Source: Mobula hypostoma (lineage: Eukaryota). Taken from it: a stretch of DNA of 64,000 bases. The stretch is taken from positions 44,890,001 through 44,954,000 of the forward strand of contig NC_086108.1 in the NCBI RefSeq assembly GCF_963921235.1, given 5' to 3'. The notes under the pieces were generated by a model that was not told the DNA's origin, did not search any database, and was given only the letters and a program-made list of their open reading frames with translations. Within the stretch, counting starts at the first letter, position 1. The number at the start of each line of letters is the position of its first letter. A program made the translations under genes and the position numbers. Shown here one piece after another: positions 37,953 to 49,728 of the stretch.

Positions 37953-39721
37953 CTTAGGCACTGTGAGATGGGTCCAGGAAAATGTGGAGGTGAGTGATTT
38001 CATAACTGAGACTTATTGGGTCCCCAGATGGACAGGTAATTCTGAGCGTTTTGGATTACCGGCTAATGTTTTGAGTAAATATGGTCCCCCAGATGTTGGG
38101 AGAAGGTATTTTTCTGAATTGTCGTATGTTAAGCTTCCATATGTAGTATCACGGTGCCTTGAGCATATAGCTTTCCCTCTAAGAAGGATTCTCTGTCTCA
38201 GGTAGGGTGGATTTTTATAACTGCATTGCAGAAGTTCAGCATAGTAATAGCTGAGCTCTCTGAGGAAAAGAAGTGACTGCAGCACGAGCTGGCCCCTTGG
38301 GTTGTCAGAACACTGCTTTAAGTGAAATGGCACGGGTGGCTTAGGAGTGCACTGAGTGCCACGAACCCAAACGGATTACTGTGGCAAGTAGATTGGCGAC
38401 CATAATGCAAAAGTGGCTCAGGCATGACAGTGGATCCTGCAGAGGCCCGATTTATGGTTCCGCGGGAGGATTGGGACACGTACTTGGGGCGGGGAATCTG
38501 GTATGATGATGATCCGGGCTGGGACGAAGACAATGTAATCGAGGTTCGCCCCTCCGTTGCGTAAAAGTTAAAGAGGAGCGGCGGAATGGTATTGCCTGTG
38601 AACAAGGTGCAGTGGCTGTCCCTACCACCACAAGACCACTGCTTGTAACTACACTACAACCAAGTATCAGGATTTAGCCCAGTGACTGCGTCCGTGGCCA
38701 GAGGAATCTTCATCCAGCCCATCTATTGGATTTAGGAGACTCCCAAATGATTTTTAATATGCGTGAACTGATTCAGTTGGGGTCATCACTTCGGATCCAT
38801 TGGTGCAGGCTGAATTGCAGGCCAGTCAGGTTAACGGAGTTGAACATTCCCTGCGGGCAGTGGTCTCAGAAGCTGTCTGTGCTCGCTCCCTGCCTCTTTG
38901 TATTGGGATGCGTCTCCCCAACCCCGGAAAACTTTCATGGAGGCTATTTCATGCCTCCATGATATGGCAACACAAGCTGGCATTTATAGTAATAACAATG
39001 CTTTTAAAGGCCCTCACGTTGCCCCCTTTTCCCTTGGTAGCACATCCTGTTGACGGAACAGGGACTTGCACGGTGGCGAGTCGTCTTGTTGGCTCTATCA
39101 GGGCCAGCTGAGGGTCGGACCGTTGCAGAGACTAGCAGTCTATTGGCCCTACTTGAAGGGTCAGATATACGTAAGGAATGGGTGTAGGTTAAAGCTGCTT
39201 TTAAATCCCGGGGGCAGCAAGGGCAATCTGGGTGCTTGATGAATGGAACTAGGAATACTCCAAAGCAGCCAACTGCTGTGTCCCAGCAGTCGGTATCAAA
39301 GAGCCCTTCTTCCTTTCTTAGTAGAAAGCAAATGCTTCTATTCCTGCTGAAGGCACGGCACCTGAGGATAAGGGAGAAAAACAACAGTATACTTACTGGT
39401 GTTTTTGATGTGCTGTACTGTGAGCATTTGACCCAGGTGGGCTGCACGCTATCACCCAGACAAAAGTCGCCCTTTTGATATCTACACTGGAATGTAATGT
39501 TAAACCCAAAAAGATGGACATTCCTGGTTATACCTAGATGCGTGAATTGGACCCTGGATGGCAGATTAGTCAACCTGTTGCCTGGGGGTATGGCCAGGGC
39601 TCTGGGGCCGCCGCTGTTGCTATGAGAACAACCAACACTCCTGGGTGTCCCAGAGGGAGACCTGAGGTCATATGTACCTATTACCCGTCAGTAGTCACAC
39701 AGTAATGAGCAGTGGTGAATC

Positions 39722-41908
39722 ACCCTGGTGGACACTGGGGCTGAGGTTACCTTATTACAAGGGAATCCGGATCTATGTTGGGGAGCGAGTGAATATTTAG
39801 GGTTTGGGGATCGGTTACAGAAGCTGTACAAAGGTCCTTCTCAATCTGACCCTGTGCTCATCTCTCAGGTACCCGACAACATTTTAGGAATTGACTTGTT
39901 AACGGGAACCTCTCATGACGCCCTTTGGAAAATTTGCTTTGGTATTAGGAAGGTAACCATTCTGGCTGGAAAGGCAAAACAGGAACCTGTCTTTATACCC
40001 TTGCCATCACAAATAGTAGCTACAAAAGCAAGATCACATCCCAGGGTGGGGGCATAAGGAAATGGGTGAGACAGTTGAATCCCTCCAGAACCTGGGGGTT
40101 CTCCGTCCTGCCTCAACCAGTTCAGAAACCTGTTGGTTCGTGGTGCATAACTACAGATTATCTCTGGTTAAATTTGTTTGCCCTTCCACTGGCCACAGTT
40201 GTTCCAGACGTTATGACCGTGATTGAGGACATTTCTAGCTGGATTGATAGTTGTTAGGCTGGTGCTGATTTGGCTAATGCTTTCTTCTCCATCCCTATTG
40301 TTGAGCAGTCCCAAGGTCAGTTTGCTTTCAAGTGGAATGACCTTCAGTACACCTCTACTCAGCTTCCACAGGGATATATGTCCACAGTCCTACTATTTGC
40401 CATAGCGTGGTGGCATGGGAAATGCGTGAATATGTCCTATATGTGTCCTAACGTGTTCTATACTCACTATATAGATGATCTGCTATTGCGGGGGTCCTCT
40501 AAAGAGCAGGTTTCTGAAGCCCTGAATACTTTAATTTATCACATGTAATCAAGAGAATGGTAAATTAACCCTGATAAAGTACAGGGCCCAGCTATGACTA
40601 TTCATTTTTCTGGCAATACAATAGACAATTCCCAATAAGGTCAAAAATAAGATCCTAGGCATAGCACTTTCTATGACAAAACAAGAGGCCCAATGCTTTC
40701 TGACGAAGGGTCTCGGCCTGAAATGTCGACTGCACCTCTTCCTAGAGATGCTGCCTGGCCTGCTGTGTTCACCAGCAACTTTGATGTGTGTTTTGTCCAA
40801 TGCTTTGTTGGCCTTCTGGGATACTGGCAGTGCCACATACCCCATTTGACCGTGCACCTTCGGCCCCTGTACGCTGTGACCAGAAAGAAATTTAATTTTG
40901 TATGGGGCCTTGAGCAATGAGCAGCTTTTGAGGTTGCAAAGGAGGCATGACCCTGCCCCATCTCCTTGTTGAGAGGGCATCCCTTTTAAATTGTAGATTC
41001 CTGTTAAGGATGATGTAGCTTTCTGAAGCCTCTGGCGGAAGTATGGTGGAAAGAATATGCCTCTGGGTTTCTGGTCCCAAGAGCTTCCTGATGCTGACAC
41101 CAGATACACTGGAGAAAAAAACTACTTGTTTGCTATTGGACTTTAATAGAAACTAAAACTCAGATGAGGGATTCCCTCTTCTCTCTCCTCCCTGATCTTC
41201 CTGTTATGGGATGGCACTTTCTGACACACTCATGCATAAGATATGGCATGCACAACAGCGTCCTATTGTTAAGTGGAAGTGGTATATTTCTGAATGAGCA
41301 TCAAAGGGACAGGACACGATTAATAAAATACATGAACTGGTTGCTGAATCCCCTCAGGCTACGTCACCTACACTTGGAGCTACTCCAGTCGATGTCTCAC
41401 CTGTTGTGTGGGGTGTTTCCTTTGATATTCTGACTTGTGCTCAGCAGGGTTATGACTAGAAATTAAGGACCATCAGCTTCTAAGATGACGCTTGGCTGCT
41501 GTTCGCCATGGATATGCCCCTGCTCAGCTTTGGCACATAGATTATGTCAGTCCCCTTCATTTACAGAAGCAATTCCAGTACTTCCTCAATACAGTGGATA
41601 CTTATTCTTGTCTTTTGATGGCAATCCTTACTGTTAAAGTTAATCAGGATGGTAACCTTCAGGGATTAGAACATCTTGCTTCTGCAAACAGTGATCCCCT
41701 TGAAATCCAATCCAATAATAGTTCGCACTTTTTGGGTTCCAGGGTACAAGAGTGGTCTGTCTCTAATGGTGTACAGTGGATCTTCCATGTCCCCTATTAT
41801 CCTCAAGCCAGTGAACGAATGAATGGCCTATTAAAACAGCAAATTTGTTTACTTACTTCCGTCCATACCTTATCAGGATGGTTACCTGTCTTTCACCGTG
41901 CTTTGTAA
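39722..41908 (+). pseudogene. pol: ERV pro-pol remnant (protease, RT, connection/RNase H part, integrase core), many stops and frameshifts
   Basis: ORF pieces 39728-40057, 40066-40257, 40270-40548, 41492-41908; apparent deletion near 41460 between the RNase H region and the IN core. Confidence 0.85.
40700..40796 (+). mobile_element. 97-bp Penelope-derived hammerhead-bearing insertion inside ERV RT
   Basis: Starts CTGACGA-AGGGTCTCGGCCT-GAAA-TGTC-GACTG; 10-bp TSD ccaatgcttt at 40690-40699 and 40797-40806; removal restores KQEAQCFVGLLGYW. Confidence 0.9.
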
Positions 41909-42775
41909 CAATCACCGTTTGAAAGGAGGTACTCCCATTCTGTTAATGATAGGACAATCTATTCCTCTCATTCCTGATGGCACAACTAAATGTGCTCATA
42001 AAGAGCTTATTCAGTACTGGGGCGGAGGGGTGGAGGAATGATTTTCGGTGATATACCCATCTTCCTCTCCAGTGGAGGGTGAGATTATAGCCAACAGACA
42101 AGAAAATACATATTGGGTGATGGTATGAGGACAAACCAATCCTGTGTGTGTGGTGAGGGTAAACTGACTAAGAGGGAATGAAAATATTTCTAACTATCTC
42201 TCAGCTCTTGTTTTTTTAAAGGTTCCTGTCAGAATGTTGCTTTGTTCTGTTTAATGCTTGTCTTGTGTTTTGTTGGATATCGGATTTCTGTTGAGACCTG
42301 TCAAACTACTGATAACTTAGTGATTTGTGAAAATAATATTACAGTTCTGGGACAAGATGTTTACTATGTGCTAATTGGGGGTACAGTGGGTGTATAAGCA
42401 TGAGGGAATGGTATACACCTAGGATGACTGGCCCCATTTTTTGTGTGATCAGAAACAAGTAAAATACCAAAATGATTGTAATTTGACTCTTGCATTCCTG
42501 ATCACAATGTTGTGTTTGTAAATCTTACTCATTCTGTTTCAGTTGGCGATGAGATGTTGTTACCAGCCCTCAAGGACAAGGTCATATATTTTAATGTGAA
42601 TGTTGAGAATAATCCTTGGATCCAGGTAAATTTTCATATTTTAATAATTGTGATAATATCAGTTTTAATAATTCAAGGGATATTGACACATATTCTTTGA
42701 CATTGTATTAAATGTTTTAAGCAGAAGGAAGAGTTCCATGTGTCTCTAACCTGATCAGATATTCATGGGGTGGAA

Positions 42776-43450
42776 TGCAGGTATATGGAATTTGTAGAGT
42801 AATGATTGAATATCTGTCAGGTAGAATGACACCTTATCTCTTTCTGAACTCATAGCATGTGGGAACTGTATGTCTGTCAGTGAGAATGTCTGTCAAGTGG
42901 TTTTTGGTTTATCTCTTACCTGTAAACATTAATGTATTGTGTAAGCCCAAGGAATGTTGTGTGTCACAGACAGTGTGAGATTAAGGAATGCGATAACAAG
43001 GAGTAACCATTAAAATGTCTAATTGATTTATGAGCGCGTGTGTTAATGGAGCTGATGTGCTGTTTACATGAAAGAAACCAGATTGGGTTATTAGGTGAGA
43101 AAAAAGGATTTGTCTGTAACTTGATTGCTCTGTACTTGTGAAATTCATAATTAGGAGGGTGCCTTCCCAGGCTTCATTGAGTTTCACCCAGACCAGAACT
43201 ACAATAGGCGCTTGGGACCAAGGGATGGGGTCACAAGTCAGAATCAGAGTTCCACTGACAACAACTAAGTGGTGACTAGGAATTGTGAGCTCAGAAATCT
43301 TTGACTTGCTATGTAGTATTTCGTGTGGTTTATTTGTGCTGTCTATTTTATGATAATAAACTAAATTAAGTTAGTTTGTTGTGCTTGTACACTTACTACC
43401 ACATCTCCGGGACAGTCATATAATTGGGCGTGATCAATCCAGCCCATATG
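42776..43450 (+). repeat. ERV 3' LTR
   Basis: Follows the PPT; homologous to the 5' LTR; AATAAA near 43355. Confidence 0.85.
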
Positions 43451-43489
43451 GTGGTGTCACAATAACAACTTCACACACCATGTCAACAA

Positions 43490-44165
43490 CAATAAGCAAT
43501 TTTAATGTGGGCTTCAGGAAGTGGAAGTTGGGAGGACACACATTAGTCCTCACTGAGAAATCTGCGGTGAAGAGGGTGAGCAACTTCAAGTTCCTGGTTA
43601 TCAGCATCTCAAAGGACCTATCCTGGGCCCAACACATTGATGCAATCAGGATGAAGGCACACCAGTGGCTCTACTTTATTCAGAGTTTGAGGACATTTGG
43701 TATCTCCCCAAAGATGCTTACAGATACATTGTGGAGAGCATTATGACTGAGTGCACCACTATCTTGTAAGAAGCCTAATGTGCAGAGGATTGCAAGAGGC
43801 AGCAAAGGGTTATGGGCTCAGCCATCTCCACCACAGGCACAATCCTCCCCATTGAGGACATCCTCAAGAGGTGAAGCCTCAAGACGGTGGCATCCATCAT
43901 CAAGAAACCTCACCATCCAGAACGCCGTCTTCTCGCTACTCCCATCAGGAGCCTGAAGACCCCACGCAGTATTTTAGGGACACATTCTTCCCCTCTGCTG
44001 CCAGATTTCTGAAGTCTATAAAACCCATAAACACCACATTATTATTCCTTCTTTTCACCATTTACTTAGTTTTGTAATTTATAGATTTTTATGTCCTGGC
44101 ACTGTACTTCTTCCATGGTACGATAAATTTCATGTCATATGGCAGTGATAATAACTCTGATTATG
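43490..44165 (+). mobile_element. Rex1-type LINE 3' fragment
   Basis: VKRVSNFKFLVISISKDLSWAQHIDAI..KAHQWLYFIQSLRTFG. Confidence 0.8.
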
Positions 44166-44639
44166 AGATTAATTTATTGTGAGAAATAAATTAATCCTGG
44201 GTGCTATGAAATGGGCTGTTGGTGTGAAGCTCAGAAGACCAACCTCTCAAAGCACTTCATCGCCATGGTTGTGAGTGCTACCAGGCGATAGTCATTAAGG
44301 CTGCTCACTCTGCTCTTCTTGGGCACTGCTATAATTGTTGCCCTTTTGAAACAGGTGGGAACTTCCAACTTTAGCAATGAGAGATTGGAAATGTCTTTGG
44401 ACCCCCCCTCACCCCGCCAGTTGATTGGAACAGGTTTTCAGAGCCTTACCAGTTACTCGAAGAATTCGCTATGGGTGATTATGTAAGATTTTCCCTCTTC
44501 ACGTCCATAATGAGTATTCCTATACCAAAATCAGAGTCAGGTTTAATATCATTGGCATATGTCGTTTGGCAGCAGCAGTATATTGCAGTACCTAATCAAA
44601 AACTATAAATTACAATAAGAAATATATATGGAAATAAAG

Positions 44640-45400
44640 TTCCATGGTTCCATTTAATATAAGAGAATGTATACAGAATACAGCCTGAAATTCTTACTCT
44701 TTGCAGACATCCACGAAACAGAAGAAGAATCCCAGAGAATGAATGATGGGAAAATGTTAGAACCCCAAAGCCCTCCCCATCACGCATAAGCAGCAACCCT
44801 CCCCCCACCTGCCTCAGCAAAAGCATCAGTCTCCCACCGCCTGGCGTGTGAACATGAGCAAAGCCCCCAGAAGACCATGATCCAGAGTCCATCAAAACCC
44901 ACTCTTCATCCCAGCGGGTTGACGTGCCTCAGGCTCTTTCTCACTAACGAGGAAGAGAGAGAGAGAGATATCACACGAGGGAGAGAGAGAGAGAGAGAGA
45001 GAGATATCACTCCTGCCACGGCGACAGAGGAGACCACCGTTTCGATGTTACGGTTTGCACTGTTGCATTTTTCAACGGCAGCCCTCAGAGCTGTCTCGAT
45101 GTTCCAGTCTCCTGCGATGTGTGGGTCGAGTAGTCGGGTCGTCTGAAGGGCCAAAGGGCTGCACCCCAAAGGTTCACGTCTTCCAGGCCCCTCCTGGAGA
45201 TATCGAAAATGCTGGACTGCTCGGCGAGATCTGAGAACAGGATCCCACTGCTGTGAAGAACTGCAGTTTGAGTGCAGCTGTAGATCACTGACTCCGACAG
45301 GACCCCGGCCACCTTGAAAAGGAAAGAAAAGACATAAGAGAGAAGAATTTAAACTGTTTCACAGGTGGACTGGAAGAAGCCGTCCTCTGCGCCATCTTTA
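44640..45400 (-). mobile_element. Unclassified LINE-related short retroelement inserted in a Rex1 3' tail (about 44530-45700)
   Basis: Minus strand begins AAGATGGCG and ends in a Rex-like tail; (GA)n tracts inside; flanks join as one Rex tail. Confidence 0.4.
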
Positions 45401-46056
45401 GCTCCTCCTCCTCCTCCTTACTAAGTAAATTAAATAAGTAGTGCAAAAAGAGCGGAAAAACAGAAAAAGATGGTAAAGTACTGTACATGGGTTAATCGTC
45501 CATTCAGAAATCTGATGGCTGAGGGGAAGAAGCTGTTCCTAAACTGCTGAGGGTGTGACTTCAGGCCCCTGTACCACCTCCTTGATGGTAGCAATGAGAC
45601 GAGGGCATGACCTGGGTGATGGGGGTCCTTAATGATGGATGCTATCTTTTTGAGGCATCACCTTTTAAAGATACCCTCAGTGTTGGGCTGGATCATCCTA
45701 AAAGTGGCCTTCTTCCCAAGTTTTCTGCCCCTGGTAACTGCCCACCTCACTAACCAGATCCAAATATGAGAGTTTAGCCAAGCTAACCCTCTCTACCTGA
45801 GAGCCAACTGCCAAGGAAAGATTTCCCAGCTGGGCAGGTTTCAGGCATTGGATCCTGGGGCTCTGCTGTAGAACCTGACAACATATCATCAAAGGCTTTT
45901 GGAAGTATCTTTAAAAGCCCTTGTTAGTCAGTGATATTTAAAAGCTGTTCAAAACTTAAAATAAAATCAATAAAACAACTTAAAACTAAATTTAATGGTA
46001 CTAAATATAATTAGACATAAATAACAGCAGATAATTAAATATTAAAATAAGCTAAA

Positions 46057-48885
46057 TTTTATGTTAAGTAACTCCATAAACTAATCAAAAGAAAAATATG
46101 GGAGCCGGGGAATGTGTGTCTACCTAGTTTTACACATATAGTGTGGTGGTGTCATGACGTATGCATTCACATAGTTTAATATATAACCCATAATGAATTA
46201 TGTAAACCACAAAGAATGTTTAATCAAACAGTATATTTACAATATTACTGAAATATTAAGTACATCTGCTTAGCTATAAACTCCAACTCTATACAGAATG
46301 CATCTATGTATATACATACGGAACTACTACATATACACACACACACTGTATATACAACTACCATATAGACATCCATGGCAGAGTGAATTTTAAATTGTCC
46401 CATTCAAACCTAAAGATTTAGTTTCTGTAGAGGATTTCTTACTCTTGTGGGATAATGTCTTTCCTGACAAGGAGGTCACTCTCCTTGGCAGTGAGACTTG
46501 TGGCTCTGAAACAATCTCAGGTTCTGGGGTCTCCTCCATGCTGGTTGTAGGACTCTGGGACTGCAAGAAATGGTCCTAACAGCTCTGACACTTTTCTTCT
46601 CCAACAATTGACTTTGCTCTTCTCAACTGATCGATGTGTCATCTTCAGGTGACATCAGATGCAATCAATGCTCTGTAGGGGAGTGGTCCAGTTCTGTCTT
46701 TCATCTTTCTAAGTATCCACTTGTAATCACCTCTGTAGCCCTTCGCCAGAACTGCTCGTCCAGGAGTGAAACATTGAACCTCCTTGTTTCAGGAGCCCTC
46801 AGTTTGTCCCAGCGGTTTCCCTGCATACTCCATCTGACATTGGGTTTGAGATTATACAAGCATGAATGCAAGGGATGAGCCAGGAACAGCATAGCTGGTG
46901 AGTTGTTGGTTGTGCAGTGTGTGGTATTGTGATATTCAAGGAGGTATTTGGCGAGCTTCTGATTCAGTGTCAGTGCAGTGTGTTCTGCTGACATTGCTCA
47001 CAGTGCATTCTTTATACTCTGAGACAAACCTTTCTGCCAAGCCATTTGTAGCTGGGTGGTACGGTGCAGATGTAGTCTGTCTTATTCCATTTATTTTCAG
47101 GAATGACTGAAACTGTTCCACAACAAACTGTAGTCCATTGTCCCTAAGTATTCTGAAACAACAGTCCTTGCGAAAAGGCTTTGCAACACATCAGCAGCGT
47201 GCGATGCTATAGTGGAGGCTATTGGGAACACTTCTGGCCACATTGTAGCTGCATCCACTACCAGAAAATTTGTGCCCTTGAATGTCTGGCAAAATCCACA
47301 TGAATCCTCTGCCAAGGCAATGAGATGGAGAGGTGCTGCTCTTGGCATCTTCTCGACGTGTTGGCATCCTGAGCGTGTTTGGCAAGCTGCTTAATCTGGT
47401 GATCTATCACAGGCCAGCAGACAAAGCTTTGAGCCAATGCTATCATTTTGACTACACATAGATGACCGGCATGTAACTCCTCCAGCACTTTAGCTCTCAG
47501 TTTGGATGGCACAACAACTCTCAATCCCTGCATAAGGCAATGTCCGTCAAGGGCAAGTTTATTCTGAATTTCATCAGCATTTCCCTGGTTAGTTGTCCTC
47601 TTGAATTTGATCTTGTAATTGTGCCCTTCAGGAAACAGAGCCCAACATTATTGGATTTTTCATCAACAGCATGCAGATTAGTGCTCTTTTTGAAACTGCA
47701 ACTTGACTCTTTAACTCTTCCCTGTGCAGTCCATTTATTTTCCTTTATCCGACATGCTCTTTGTATGTGTCCTACTTTGTTCAATTTTCTGCAAGATTCT
47801 CCTTAAACTTTCATTTGTCTGGCGTGGGAAGTCCCTGACACAATGGTAACATAATTTGTTCGTCCAGGCAAGCTTCTGTTTAGATGCTACAGTTTTGTTC
47901 ATGCTGATTCTCATTCCTAACTGCAACTCAATTGCATCTAAGTCTGCTGTTTCCATTTATACAGGTATTTCAACTGCTCTTTTAAACATGAGTTGTGTTT
48001 CAGTTAAGAGCTGTTTTTGAATGATTTCTTGAAAGATTCCACAAACTGAACGATCTCTCCTAGCATCAAGCCCATCACTAAACTGACAATGCTCAGACAA
48101 TAATTCAACCACATACACCAAAATAAACTCTCCTTCCTTTTGATTCTGCTTATGAAACCTAAAGTGTTCCGCAATCAACAGTGGTTTCAGTTCCAAAAGT
48201 TCCTGCATTACTTTCGCAGTATCAGCAAAGCTCATTCCAGCTGGTTTGGTTGAAGCAGTCAAACTTCTGAGCAAGCTGTACGGTTTTCCACCGAGTGCAC
48301 TCAGCAAAACTGGCACTTACTTTTCATCGGCTATTTCATTTGCTTTAATATACTGCTTAATTTGTTCAGTATACATCATCCAGTTATCTGTTGAGCAATT
48401 GAATATGTCTTTCTTTCTGATGTAGCTAGCCATTTCTGCTTTTATTAAAATTTATTATTATTATCACCCAGTACTCACTGTTTATGAACCTGTGAACTTG
48501 ATCTGTTTCTGCCTTTGAAAAAAAACTCATCTGTTTCTCTCCCCTTTTGAAGAAGAAAACGTGCTGTGCTTTTTTTAAAAACCTGAAAGTCTCTCCATTT
48601 CTGAAGAAAAAAGATTGTGTTGCTCTTCAACAAGTAGGTAGTTGCTTTGGGTTCGGTTTAAAACTTGCTTGTCACCACTGTTGTGCTTTGTAACTCCATA
48701 AACTAATCGAAAGAAAAACATGGGAACTGGGAAATATGTATCCACTTATTTTTACTTTAGTGAGGTGCGCATGTATGACTTGGTGACATAATAACAAAGG
48801 CCATTCACTTACTTTTACATCTAACCTGTAATGAATTATGTAAACAGTATTACTCAAATATCACTGAAATATTAAACACACAACA
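46057..48885 (-). mobile_element. Mag-type Ty3/Gypsy LTR retrotransposon with PR/RT/RNase H deleted
   Basis: LTRs 48679-48885 (TGTTGTG..CACAACA) and about 46057-46264; PBS-like TGGTGACAAG; gag VPVLLSALGGKPYSLLRSL..IAEHFRFHKQNQKEGE with zinc-knuckle remnants; IN LEELHAGH..WP and TSAPYHPATNGLAERFV. Confidence 0.8.
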
Positions 48886-49067
48886 CAAAACACTTAGCTT
48901 GGGACATCTTTCTTTACAGGACTTTTAGTCATGCTTTTCTGCACCAAGTAATCTTGATGCAGAGCTGAAGGAGTAGTGTTTGAAATGAATGGAAACAGAG
49001 GAGCTCCATTTGTGTCATTATGGCTTCTGAATAACTTCCTCCTTCATTAGAACTTGATATTCGAAGT

Positions 49068-49657
49068 TCAAAGTTGAAATTAAATGTATTATCTAAGTAC
49101 AGGTATGTCACCATATACAACCCTAAGATGCAATTTCTCGTGGGCATTCAGAGTAAATACAAGAAACACAATAGGATCAATGAAAGACTGCCACCAGCAG
49201 GACAGTCAAACAAAGAATGTGCAAAGGACAATAAACTGGGCAAATACAAAAGAAAACAATAATAAAAGTAAATAAACAATAAATATTGACAACATGAGAT
49301 GAAGAATTCTTGAAAGTGAGTCCATAGGTTATGGGAACAGTTCAGTGATGGGGTGAGTGAAGTTATCCCCTCTGGTTCCTGAGCCTGATGAAATAGGGGT
49401 AATAACTTTTCCTGAACTGGGTAGTGCGGGTCTCGAGGCTCCTGTACCTTCTTTCTGGTGGCAGCAGTGAGAAGAGAGCATGGTCTGGATGGTGGGGGCT
49501 CTTGATGACGGATGCCACTTTCCTGCGACAGCAGAACCATGTAGATGCGCTTCGTGGTGTGGAGAGCTGTACCCACAACGGACTGGGCCATATCCACTAC
49601 TTTTTATAGGCTTTTCCTTTCAAGGGCATTAGTGATTCAGCCAGTCAATGTACTCTC
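49068..49657 (-). mobile_element. Rex1-type LINE, 3' half, split by the LTR array
   Basis: HHPDHALFSLLPPERRYRSLETRTTQFRKSYYP; joins the part that resumes at 61364 (compare the intact junction near 34445-34475). Confidence 0.85.
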
Positions 49658-49728
49658 TGTTACGTATCCCATAACTGGGTTGCCAAACCAGCAGAAGTGG
49701 ACCACTAGTTGGAGTCTGGATTACTAGA

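Larger units (their letters stand above)
37306..43450 (+). mobile_element. Endogenous retrovirus, class III (ERV-L/S-like), two LTRs, decayed gag-pro-pol
   Basis: LTRs 37306-37952 and 42776-43450, PPT ggggtggaa, probable 5-bp TSD gcggt/gtggt. Motifs: PR LVDTGAEVTL; RT LANAFFSIP, QFAFKW, LPQGY, HYIDDLLL; PLGFWS; SIVKWKWYI-like; IN WHIDYVSPL..VDTYS..FHVPYYPQA.ERMNGLLK. Confidence 0.88.
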
